A stretch of 64,000 bases of DNA from the NCBI RefSeq assembly GCF_001194135.2, contig NC_068995.1, positions 35,365,159 to 35,429,158 of the forward strand, written 5' to 3'. Each line of letters starts with the position of its first letter. Position 1 is the stretch's first letter. The DNA comes from Octopus bimaculoides (taxonomy: Eukaryota). Shown here piece after piece: positions 10,701-22,327 of this stretch. Both the position numbers and the translations under genes were made by a program. The notes under the pieces are model-generated. The model was not told the DNA's origin. It was given only the letters and a program-made list of their open reading frames with translations, and did no database searches.

Positions 10701-13689
10701 TATATATACAAAACCCTATTACTTACACGTACACCTACCATACCGCAAAATAAGATTACTACATTGAGACAAGTGTTACGTAGATTACTTTAAATACAAT
10801 TAAGTAAAACTAAAAACTGCAGAAGCAATGAGAGTTGCACTTGGCTTTTAAATGGAAGTTCGCAGCTCCGGTTGCATCTGAATTCTGAACACAACTATCT
10901 ATATACCTTTTGGCTGGTCATCCTATAATTATGTACAGAGTCGGTAAAGAAGATAATCATCATCTAAAGGATAATGATACTATTTTCATTATTCGTTCCT
11001 CAATGTCTTCCTTCCGTTGTTGTATTTTGAATGTTATCCCTCTGAGCACGAAATTCATCTCTGTCGATTATACATCTATAAATTCGTTTCCATTGGTGCC
11101 CATAAAATTAAACTTTACTATTGTTACGTCTAGCGTAAGTCGCTAATTTTTATCTAATTTATGTATGGAGATGTAGTTTAATAGATTCGTACATAATCTA
11201 ATAGCTGCTTGTTAAATTGTAACAAAATAGTAACAACTTCTATTACCTACAAGATATTGTACAGCAGAAAAAATAACTTAATTGCTTTAAAGTTCTCTTA
11301 TTACATCAACATTTTATATAACCAAAATAAATTTCATTGTTTTGCAGAAAAGCCATTTATCATTTTTGGTCTGGAAAGCAATATACAAGAAATTAAGAAA
11401 ATTATTGAGGAATATGAAATTCGCGTTTAGGTTAATATACTTTAAATGCAATATAAGTGATATCAATAAGATAAAACTAAGATAAAACTAAATCTTTATA
11501 AGAATATATGTCTGAAAGTAATTATCATTCCTCCATTTCATCTTAAATTTAAATTTTCATCTTAATACCAACGGTATCACCTATATAAAAATATTACCTT
11601 CGTTATGCCTTATTTATATAAATATTTATAAATATTTAAAAAGTGGTATGAAAGAAAACATAACGAACACAGTCTAAAATCAGCCACATTTTAATAAACC
11701 AATTCACATAAAGGTATGAAACGGGATAAACGACAACTTCATATAACTTAAACGATTTAAGAATACACATCGATCGATCTAATAGCAGAGAGACTGCGGA
11801 GTGTAGAAATAGTAAATAAAATAAGAGAAACATCAGCTAAATTCCTCTGAATCTAATACATAAAAATACCATGCAAAGCACGTAAAGTTATCGAGTAAAA
11901 GAATCTAGTTATATGAATATCGTGTTTTATACTGTTTCCTACAATTTATTACTTTAAGAAATATTATCAGAGAAGATGTTGACGTTTAAATTAATACAAA
12001 ACTCATTTCCCGACTCTGTCTAAAAAGCTATAAGAATATGGCTTCTAAGTAATAAAGCATCTTCACGAAATGTGTTCGTAAATCAAATAATTATCCATAT
12101 TATTCCATACATATGGGCATAAATTCAGTACATATGCTGAACCGTTCAAACACTTCTCATTAGAATCTTATTATTGTTCGTTGAACATTTGTGGGAGTTG
12201 CGATTATGCAATCGTTGTATTAAAAGAATGTATTATACTTGACTCCTTTAAAAGCCTCCTTGTACGAATTCTACGTATTTTCTTTTCTATTCAAAAGATT
12301 TAGTATGAATATTAATACCCGTAATAAAAATTGTACTTATGCATTCTACTTCTTTGAAGTATTGCATGATTACCATTTTATAATAAATGTAAAACTTATG
12401 TTCATCTGAAACGCTTTCAATTCTGTCACAAAGACTTTATGATTCTTAAGCTGATACCAAATAATTCATGATATTGTTCGAATTATTTTTTATGATATTT
12501 ACATTCTAAATAAACTTTCCATTTTCTGAAGACTAAAAATTATATTTGAGTTTCAACTCCCTAGCAAACACTTTTAAGGTATTGTCTGCATTTGTTAATA
12601 ATACATTTCTATCACCACTCATCGCTTACCCGGATATGAAAACATCTCTAATTACTCTGGGTCAAAATTTCGTCCGTTGTTAGTACTTTTTTTTTTATAA
12701 GTCTTATCATCAGAAATTCAGCTTTATTTAAAACATGCATTACTTTATATATGCCTTTTGAGTCATCGACACAAACTTCAAACTATGTAACTTCCTGTTC
12801 TAAGACTCTTTTCGTATCAATGTCGCCAGCATAGACATAAAATATTTTGCAATTCTAAGAAGTTTTCACCAAAGACGATTCGAATATTCCCCTATTCTAA
12901 TTTTCCTTGATCCTTAACAGATTCTACTCTTAAACTTTTAGACGACCGTGACCATTTATTTTGGGATTACACATTGACAAAATCAATACAATACACTTTT
13001 CGTCTCCTTCTTGTAAAATACCCACGGTTTCGGACCAAAGGATAAATCTTGTAGGAACTACATCAGTTACGATTGTTTACTTTTGGCAGTTAATGTGCAT
13101 CCTATTTGACGGAACTAGGAGAGCTAAGCATATGATAATAACCATCCTTCACCAAACCAAAATATACAACAAGCCAACCAAATAGTGCGAACCAATGAAG
13201 GAAAATCCATATAATTAATGGAATTGCTAGAATTCGCAACCGAATCTTCTTGAATTTCTTAACTATTAAGGTTATATTGCATACGGTGGTTCTTTATAGA
13301 CTCTCATACTAAAATACTGGGTGGTCCCAACAGGTATACATTAATCATTATGTATATTCATCAAGCTATGTTACAGCGAAATAGATCAGCCTCATACCTT
13401 CCCTGATGTAATACCAGCTATTTCGAAGATGAAATCTTTCATCACCAACTGGGATGAATAAACACACCACCACTATCTCTTTAAACATGACCGTCGGGCA
13501 AGAAATATATTTTCATAAATTGCTCTGCCTAAACGCGCGCCCTCAGCTATAACTCGTAGCCTCTTATTTATATATTTACTCAGTTATTATTACTTGCGAA
13601 CAACAGTTTGGTTAATTACTGGTCCCCAATATTAATTCGCTGACTCACTGCATTTTTGATAAAGGAGTACAATCATTTAAGAGCTTTCT

Positions 13690-16450
13690 GGTAAAAATAA
13701 GGGAGGGGAAGACTCCTGTTACTGCCGACAACAAAGGCCCTAACAACAATAGCGTACAGCAGCAACAGTCTCTATAGAAGGAACAAGGAAGAGATCAAAA
13801 TATCAGCATCAGCAACACCAACTACAGTCGCAATAACAGCAGTAACACATTTCATTTTCTCCTTTAATTTCTAGCATCATGGCAGCTTTGTAAATGAGAT
13901 ATATAAATACACGTGGTCAAATTTCTTCAGGTGTCTGGAAAATTTCCTGGGAACGTCCTGTTCTCTAGTGCTTATGAGCGAATAGAACGCAGTTTTAGAT
14001 GAACGTCTAGATTGTGTATGACTAACTCAGAAGAGAGTGGTACAAAAAGCTTCACAAATCTGTCTAATCTTTTCTAACTGGTTGACAGATGCACACCAGA
14101 ATTCTCGAAATCGATTATTTAGTCATGGGCAAACAGAATGCTGGAATAGTAAGTCCGCAACTCAAATTAGTCAGCTGGCTGTACAGATCACAAATTTGTG
14201 ATATGTGCGGTCGAACGAGATAGACTGCATAGACAAGGACTCGGTCACTGGAAACTGAGCGCGTCGTTCACTGCGCGCCAACTATACAGAGATCGGATTA
14301 GAGAATTAAGAGGGAGATGACAGGCGCAATCATCAATAACCGATTATGGTAACCTCTGGACACTGAAAGGGGATACTCAGTTAAAATCGAAAAGGCTTAG
14401 TAATGGAATAGTGGTAGAGAATTCCAGAGTAGAGGGTGAACTAGTTAGTAACTTAGAAGAGGCGATAAGGAAAGACATTGCGACTACTAACATGCTGGCG
14501 GGAAGATTGGTCACCGACCAGTTCTTCAATGCTAAGCAATAAGGTTGAGTTGTGAGAGCCAATTATCTCCAAAGCCTGCCATCACCCTCTGATAGGGAAG
14601 CCAAATAATGCGAAAAGCTGATAAAGGGAGCATTCCTAGTCCCGAAAAACCTGGCGTCACGCTGCTGCCGACGAAAGAATACGAAAAACAGAGATGATTC
14701 TAAAGACAGGCCTGTTACTCTGTTGTATAGATACTGAGTTTTGGGGGCAGCATGCTAGTCAAGGTGTCAGTTGTTATCGATTCTCTGGTAAGCGAGGCAC
14801 AGAAATGCACTATGCTAAACAACCCCCACCTCATGCGATACATCTTAGAAAGGGTAGTTAAAGAATTTAATATGTGCAGGGACCTGATTAATCTAGGTTT
14901 GTCGAAAGCTTTCCGTAACACCGAATAGTAATACTTAGCAGCTGTCTAGAATGTGACTGGTTTCGTTCCTCTCTTTGGAAGCTGGACCACCTAACAAATA
15001 TAAAGCATCACTTTCTCGGTGGTCAGTAATTGTTGACCTGTATGAACCGTTCGTTATCATGCGTCCTATCCATTATCGGTTCCCTTGTCTACCTGACTGC
15101 ACATACTGACCCTATTGTCAAAACTGCAATTTTCTATGGGCATTTGCTAAGAACCAAAATAGGAAAGATTGCTATTTGCCTTTGCGTAAGATGTCACCGT
15201 AGTATTGTCGGACACAAAACACATCGAGGTGATTGGTATTTCGCTGAGAGTAGACGAGTCTGTGACAGCAGCAACAATTAATCATATCTCGCTGGGCTTG
15301 CGGCCCAGGACCTGGAGAAGGCGGCTCCGTACCATCCAACAGCATCATTAGACCCTGGGTGAACGGACCGGTTTAATTGTTTATGATTTGAATTATTCTA
15401 CACTTCCAGTTAGAGAAGTTGGAAGAAATGACGAGATGACTGGTTCGTTTCAGGCTGAAATAGTCTCACAGAAAGCTGTCCTTGAAGAGCCGGATAGAGG
15501 TAGAGAATGTTCACACTACATTTGCGACCCATTGCACCTGACCATTGTGCTTTGACCAGATTTATGGCTGGTTACACTGTAGTGTCTGCTCTTCTGTTGT
15601 TTATTGGAAAGGACGTGTTCCACTGCTGCTCAGGCGGTCCATTTGTTTTCGATATCTGCAGCGTGAGGAACCGGATATGCCGCAGATAAAAATATCCATG
15701 CACTGAGGCTATACCACTGTCGTTTCATTCCCGATGAGCAGGTGCGGTCGCCATTTTGTTAGACTCGATTTTCCGTAGCTGATTGCTTTCACAGGGATGC
15801 AGTCATGGATTACGCGGAAAACAAATCAAGGCCCCTATTATCTAGAGCGCCGTCAGGAACTAACAGGCTGTTGCCAGTCGGAAAATGTTGTCGGTGGATT
15901 CTTGACGATGGCGTTCTGAAGGAGGAATATTGGTGGACAAGAGTGATCACGTCCGTGAGGAAACTATAGGCGGCGATTGGAATCAACTGCTATTTCCTCC
16001 ATCCAGAGGACTTTTGGGCCGAGGCCCATGGAAAATTTCCAGAAATCTCTGGTTTGGTAGTGCAATCAGGGAGATCTCTCGATTCTGGATAAAACTTTAT
16101 AGGCAAGGTAGTGCCGTCAGTCGCGCCTGCTCGAGATGCATACAGAGCAACGAAATTATGCTTCATACGCTTGTCCGGTGTACGATATTATTGACTTGCT
16201 GCTATCACGACCGACTCTTCCATGTAGAAGTTCTCTTGCCTTTTTTTGACCAAGAAGGCCACTTTTTCTTTCTGTGGGGTGGCTATGGCAAAGCACTAGC
16301 ATGCTGGACGCTACTGAAAGGACTAACAAAAGACACTTCTCCCTTCGACTAAGTCTTCATCGACTCTTTCAAGTTCTAAGTAGAAGTTGTGAAGTAGAGT
16401 TTTCGTTACTGTTATTGTTTATTGTTTACATATATTTATGTAGATCTCTT
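13690..16450 (+). mobile_element. Decayed Tx1/L1-clade LINE: ORF1 tail plus deleted ORF2 (APE, RT, CCHC)
   Basis: ORF2 start ATGGCAGCTTTG at 13879; APE piece FFRCLENFLGTSCSLVL; RT piece PHLMRYILERVVKEFNMCRDLINLGLSKAF; C-terminal CxxC-x8-H-x4-C knuckle (CSRCIQSNEIMLHTLVRC) in ORF 15930-16352. Confidence 0.85.
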
Positions 16451-16484
16451 CAATCGTTTATTGCCCTAAATGATTTTGTGACTT

Positions 16485-16560
16485 TGTGGGGTCGATGTAG
16501 TCAACTAGTCACTTTCCCCAAAAATTTCAGGCCTTTTGCCTTTAGTAGAAAGGATTATTA
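16485..16560 (+). mobile_element. 5'-truncated SINE tail
   Basis: GGGGTCGATGTAGTCAACTAGTC..AAAATTTCAGGCCTTTTGCCTTTAGTAGAAAGGATTATTA, matching the tail of the adjacent full copy. Confidence 0.75.
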
Positions 16561-16573
16561 TTAGTGTTGTTTA

Positions 16574-16790
16574 GGCGGCGAGCTGGCAGAATTGTTAGCA
16601 CGTCCGGGGAAATGCTTAGCGGCATTTCGTCCGTCTTTTCGCTCTGAGTTCAAATTCTGCTGAGGTCGACTTTACCTTTTATCTTTTGGGGGTCGATGAA
16701 TTAAGCACCAATGAAACACTGGAGTCGATGTAATTGACTAGTCCCCTCCCCCCAAAATTTCAGGCCCTCTGCCTTTTGTAGAAAGGATTA
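16574..16790 (+). mobile_element. Full-length tRNA-derived SINE
   Basis: Starts GGCGGCGAGCTGGCAGAATTGTTAGCAC (A box), B box GAGTTCAAATTC, core GGGGTCGATGAATTAAGCACC, (TTA)n tail. Confidence 0.9.
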
Positions 16791-17005
16791 TTATTATTGT
16801 TGTGGTTGTTGTGCTGCTGTGGGTAGTGATTTCTGTATTGTTAACCTCAGTAGCAGAGATCTTGTAGTAGTTACTAGTGTCCCTGCTCTTATCTCGACTA
16901 CCGCTATTTTCCAGGATCGCCAAGACTTTGCTGATGATCTTGTGTTTCTTATAAATAAAATGAGTTTCGTTGCAACTATCTTCGTAATTATATTTATTCA
17001 TTTAG

Positions 17006-17036
<31 letters not shown>

Positions 17037-17059
17037 TTAGCAGGGGAAAATCTAATTTC

Positions 17060-18050
17060 ATGGAGACTGTCTAGTAAAGTATGAAGTCAAAAATGTTTGA
17101 CAGTGTTTTCCTAACATTCCCTACTTCTACTACTTAATGTTTAAACTATTAATTTTATTGTACTTCAGTAAATCACTTAATATTAAATAATAACAACTAA
17201 ACTTTGCCGAAAACAAACACTTCTGCGGTTTCCATGTTTCCCTGGATATAAGTTCTTAATGTTCATATCGCAACGTGGTCATAAAGTTTCATGGAATCTG
17301 TTTTAAAATCTAGTCTATGTAGCGGCTGTTGTAGCATTTGCATAAATATCATTTGTATTTATTGTACATGAAGTATGTACACTCTCTCAAATTATAAACC
17401 TATAATTCTATAATTCCCTGAAGGAATATTTCCCTCCAGGTGAAAATATTCTTGCTTTAATTACACTCAGTATTGTTTAATTTCTCTTCTCTGTGAAATC
17501 GAAACCACGCGGAGAAAACTGTACATTTTCTCTAAGTCCATTCTCTCGAGAATTTCAATCTTTTTCATTCTTCTCAGCTTGATCTCTGTAGATAACACTC
17601 ATCTACCAATGTCTCATTCAAAATTACTGTTAATATCCAAGAATTGCTGGTCGGTGTTCGTCTGGCGTTTTTATTGAATTCTAGAACGTCTTTGGCATTG
17701 TTGATCATAGAATTCTTAGAAGGAAACTGCTCCACAATGATATTCATTGTCTGGTTATTACATGATGCAGATTAGATTTAAACTTCACATTGCTAGCACT
17801 AGTCTTTGTCAGTATTTGATTTAATGAAAATATGTGTCAATCATGATGAACACATCGACCGTGTGTTATTACAGTTGTGTATGAACAAGATATATTCAGG
17901 TTTTGGATGTTGAAATTGCCTAAATTTGTAGACAACAACCAATCAGTATTCACCTAATGAATTCTTGCATCTCATTGAGAAAAGATTAAATATATATTGC
18001 ACATGCAAATGGAATATATAAATAGAGTTTATTTTCACACATATAAAATT
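17060..18050 (-). mobile_element. Very old L1-like LINE ORF2 remnant (APE end and RT start)
   Basis: Minus strand gives LGNFNI (GDFN motif), MIDTYF, and further on QNYRFI / YPGKHG resembling NYRPI / FxPGRQG; heavily interrupted. Confidence 0.45.
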
Positions 18051-18329
18051 TGGTTGTATATTCTTAAACTGAAAATTCCCTAAGGAAAGTTGTAACCTAG
18101 GAAATTTGTAACTTACATTGTTATTGTATTTAAAACTGAGTTTAAATTAACCTGCGCAAAACAAATTATTGTCCAGAAACACGATAGCTTCTGTGTATCA
18201 CGAGGTATTGCATCGTAAGATACGAATACTGGTTCGAGAAATAAACTAGGTGACAAAACGTATTTTTACCGACAAAAAATAAACTGCTGGAACGTTTTTC
18301 TATTTCGTAATTTACTGTTATGACGAGAA

Positions 18330-19260
18330 TCATGACACCCCCTGTGAGAATGGACTAGCCGAATTTGCAGAAGTAACCTCGTGTTTGATTGAGTGCGAGA
18401 GATGAGAAACCGCAGGCGAAGGTACGCGACTTCCAGTTTAGGGTTGTTCAGTTGCATTGTTAGATTTGTTTGGTACACGTGTGTTTTTGGCTGTTCTGGT
18501 GGAGCGACGTTTTGCTTGTATAATGGAGGGGCGTCGAGCGAGAAGTTGGGAGAAGTTGAGGTATTCTTCACTAGAATGTGATTCGTCTGAGGAGGAATTA
18601 GTTGAATACTTAAAGAAGATGGACAAGGAAATGGAGAAGAGGAATTATGCAGCGGCGGCTAGAGAAAAAAATGGAAGAAGTGAATCTGGAAGAGTTGGGT
18701 GAGTTCAAGGAAATGCTTGAAACGGAGGGGGAAGATGTGAACGTGTTACCTTCCCACCCAAAAGAAAAGTATTAAATGATAAGGAAGAGAGAACAGTTGT
18801 ATACAGAACTTACGCCACAACAACAAGGAAAATTGAAGTGGTGTCGGAAGCACAGACAGAAAAGGCACTGAAGTCTGCCTGGCAGGAGATAGCATACCGT
18901 GCTACGGGTCGAAAATATGGAACAGTGGAGATGCATTTTAAGGAGATAGAAACTACGAGACTGTACTCCGTCACACCGCTGAAGACAAAATGAGGTGGCA
19001 CTTCTACTCATATACCTTAGGAGACGTACTTCCAGGGTTCGGGTGGAAGACATACCACCAGATGTGAATGTGACCTGGCTGGTGACTGCCATACTACTGG
19101 GAATGGAAGAAAAGGGATGGTCCTGCAGGCCACCAGAACGCCCTACAGGCATTAGAAGGGACAAATTCTTCAAATGGTGGTACAGGTCGCTGAGGAGGAC
19201 TTGGAAAAATGGTCGAACGTATCACTGTAGGAGAGTTGCCCATAAAAGTCAGAGTGGAAG
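18330..19260 (+). mobile_element. Tx1-clade LINE 5' UTR and N-terminal part of ORF1
   Basis: ATG at 18523, coiled-coil-like E/K-rich start, then VVYRTY..GRKYGTVEMHF..RRTSRVRVEDIPPDV..ITVGELPIKVRVE, an RRM-type ORF1; GC and purine content differ from flanks. Confidence 0.7.
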
Positions 19261-20290
19261 TACTAAAACGTGAGTTGTTTCCAGAAATGTTTCTAGATAC
19301 CTGAAGAAATATGGCCTTGTCGATGTAGAAACGGCCACCAGTCTAATGGCACCATTTTCGCTGCCATTCACGTCTAGGACCATCAACCTACCATCCCGGA
19401 CCAAGATTATTGCTCGTACTTTGAGACATAAGGATTTTCGAAATAGCACCACTCCCGACAGACCACGAGATGAGAATATCTCATAATCGTTGAGAATGGA
19501 TGCTAGCGTTTGCGCATTGGAAATCCTTGTTCCGCTAATTGTGACAACATCGAAATCGAGGTCGTTGAGCAACCAATGTTGCTTCCAATCTGATTCCTGG
19601 CCACGCACCTTCACAAACCCCATTTTCAGTGCAGACATTAGTCAGAGAAAGAAAACAGGGGAGATCTCTCACCTTAAGTTTCGTGAAGCCCAGATATTCC
19701 AGACCTCTTTCCAGGTGAATGTTCTTTTAAACGGCCTTTCTAAAATACTTTTATCAATAGTGTTTTTTTTTTTAATTCCCACACTAGCTGGGTATTTTTC
19801 TCTAATCGTTCTGCAAAAGGTCGAAGACGTTTTAATTAAAAGTCTGTCTCTCGGGATTTTGAAAATTAAATTCTTCATTTCTCCGCCCACTGTTTCGATT
19901 TCATTTTTATTTTCCATCAGATAATCCAACACATCATTGTTGAGTTTGTTCACAACAGTAAAATTGATGGTTACGTTTTGTTTAGGGTTTAAATTTTCTT
20001 TTAATAGTTTTTAGTTTTGGTTCTTGAAGAGTTTGTGCATTACCTTCTTCTTGTTGTTGCTTGTTATAGTTTTCGTGTTGTTGTTGATGAATGTATGTTG
20101 ATGTTGCTGCTGTTGTTGATTTTGTTGTTGATGTTTTTGTTGTTGATGATGTTGCTCTTGTTGCTGTCAGTGTGGCTGTGAAGTGCGTTGAAGATGACGT
20201 TTTTGTGTTTGTAATTGCTTTTACTGAGTTCTCAGCTTAATGTTCTGAACCCACCTCCTTTATCCCTTCTGGTTATAACCAGGAATGACT
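19258..20290 (-). mobile_element. Inverted segment of the same Tx1-clade LINE: ORF1 S/T/Q-rich tail and ORF2 APE N-terminus
   Basis: Minus ORF 19249-19638 (MSALKMGFVKVRG..DFDVVTISGTR..GVVLFRKSL..GRLMVLDV..IRLVAV..FFRYLETFL) is an APE endonuclease N-terminus homologous to 13879-13975; low-complexity region 19960-20260 resembles 13690-13850. Confidence 0.85.
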
Positions 20291-20996
20291 GATGAATGTA
20301 GCATTAATTTTCTAGGTCGTTCAATTTTCCTGAACCGATCAATCAATAAAAAAACCTTATACGATTATTGGGAAACTGTAAGTCAAATTTACAATAATAA
20401 AGAAAATTATGTAATGACAGTTATTTATGCCTTGTCTTGTATATTACTCTGTGTAAAAACCAGTATAACTGGAACAGAACAGCAGATTTATAGTATAGAA
20501 TGGTGGTGAACTGTAAATATGCCAGGAATACACGGAGCTCTTAACTAATCTAAACAATATTGTTAGCCTCGTGAACTGACAGAAAGCTTTGCACAGATTA
20601 ATAATCCTCACTAATAACTGTGTTATATATATGGAGTTCAACGCAGGTATTATTCAAATTCTTTTACTTCCGACATATGATTCAAAGACAACATTGGTAT
20701 TATTCCAAAGGAATAAGGGAGATGACCGTTATTTAAGCCCATTTTTCCATTCTAAAGGGAATACGATGTTCTTTAGAGATAGTTTCACTTACAATTTTAC
20801 TGGTGCTAGCAAAACTATTTGGTTTGTTATTCTGTATGGAAGGCAAATTAAATCTAAGCTTCCTTTACACTTCCGTGAAGCGGTTAGTAAGAACTTTCCA
20901 AAAAATTCTAGATATTATTCGATTATAAATACTTATAGACTTAGAGTAGCATTTTCCAACACAAAAATTCTTTAGCAAATTATATCTTCTCATAAT

Positions 20997-21516
20997 ATGA
21001 ACCTGTTAAATAAAAATGCATTTACTGAGAGTTCCAACATTAATTCAGTTAATACCAACAATTCCCCTAATAATAATAACAACAACAAAGTTTTGGACTC
21101 TGAAGTCAACCCCAACAGAATTAGATTTATATCTAATAATTTTAAGATTACGAATTCTATATATCAGTATAAAATTACTTCCGGTACCGATGTCTATTTT
21201 TATATAGGTGCTTCTTCTCAGATATCTAAAAGAATTTCCAATCATTATTCTACATTTAGAGATAGTAGTAAACGCAATAGTACAGGACTTAGTAAATTTA
21301 TTTGGTATCTTCAAGATAATAATAAAAAAAATTGATTTAGATTGGTTCATCCTGTCAATTTCCTTCTCTTACGATAAAGGTAAAGAATTCTGTAACCTTT
21401 GTAATTCTGAACTGTTCCACATTCTCTTTTCTAAGAATCCTTTTCTAAACACGTTTATTGAGCGTTCTTCCCGATGTAAACATTGGCAGAAACACACCTT
21501 TAGCTTATATAAGTGA
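20997..21516 (+). pseudogene. GIY-YIG endonuclease domain of the Penelope-like element (one frameshift near 21330)
   Basis: ORFs 20997-21335 and 21208-21516 join into SIY..YIG..R..NH..STGLSKFIW..W.I..CNLC..E..RCKH. Confidence 0.88.
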
Positions 21517-21802
21517 TTTCTGCCAATCTATATAGAATGAGTAGTTCTTCTCTCACTCTACTTCCAATAGAGATATCTATTTCCAAGTCTTTGAACATTT
21601 ATTTAACTCACATATTACTCTATATCGCTCCTTTATTAATTCTCTCCCTTTTGATTTCTTTACACCTTCTGTTCATATGTGCTACCTTTGACGTCATATA
21701 TAGTAACGGTTTTTTTTTTAATACTCAATAGCGTCCTGTTCCTCATTTACACAGTCATCACATTTGTTAAAATGTTTTGATTGTTGAGTTTGATTCTCTT
21801 TC

Positions 21803-21888
21803 TTTCCCTGGTGAGAAGAGTACATTATTTTACACCATTTATTCCTTTTGAATAATACCAATGTTGTCTTCGAAACATATGTCGGAAG
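21803..21888 (+). ncRNA. Type I hammerhead ribozyme-like motif in the pseudo-LTR
   Basis: Stem I TTTCC(21803-07)/GGAAG(21884-88); core CTGGTGA(21808-14, A6G vs CUGAUGA); stem II GAAGA(21815-19)/TCTTC(21867-71); GAAA(21872-75); palindromic stem III ACATATGT; cleavage triplet GTC ending 21883. Confidence 0.75.
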
Positions 21889-22287
21889 TAAAAGAATTTG
21901 AATAACACTTGCGTTTAACTCCATTTATTTATTTATACTATACAAACTACCGCTCATTAACCCGGAGTTTCAGCCTTTGAACAGATTGCTACATCCTTTT
22001 TAGTTGCGTGAATTTTGCTACCCTGGTAAGTGTTTATTGAATTTTNNNNNNNNNNNNNNNNNNNNNNNNNNNNNNNNNNNNNNNNNNNNNNNNNNNNNNN
22101 NNNNNNNNNNNNNNNNNNNNNNNNNNNNNNNNNNNNNNNNNNNNNNNNNNNNNNNNNNNNNNNNNNNNNNNNNNNNNNNNNNNNNNNNNNNNNNNNNNNN
22201 NNNNNNNNNNNNNNATATATATATATATATATACATACAACGTACATATATATATACATATATATATATGGATATATGTGCGTGCGC

Positions 22288-22327
<40 letters not shown>

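Larger units (their letters stand above)
20631..22045 (+). mobile_element. 5'-truncated Penelope-like element (Neptune-type) with GIY-YIG endonuclease, 3' pseudo-LTR and inverted partial pLTR at 5' end
   Basis: Translation NFPKNSRYYSIINTYRLRVAFS..IISSHN..SIYQYKI..YFYIG..RISNHYSTF..NSTGLSKFIWYLQD..CNLCNSE..RCKH; 86-bp inverted repeat 20631-20716 / 21839-21924; hammerhead motif in the 3' part. Confidence 0.9.

Noticed and set aside
11950-13300. Possible continuation of the old minus-strand LINE at 17060-18050, split by the Tx1 insertion
   Set aside because: Could not recover any unambiguous RT or zinc-knuckle motif by eye.
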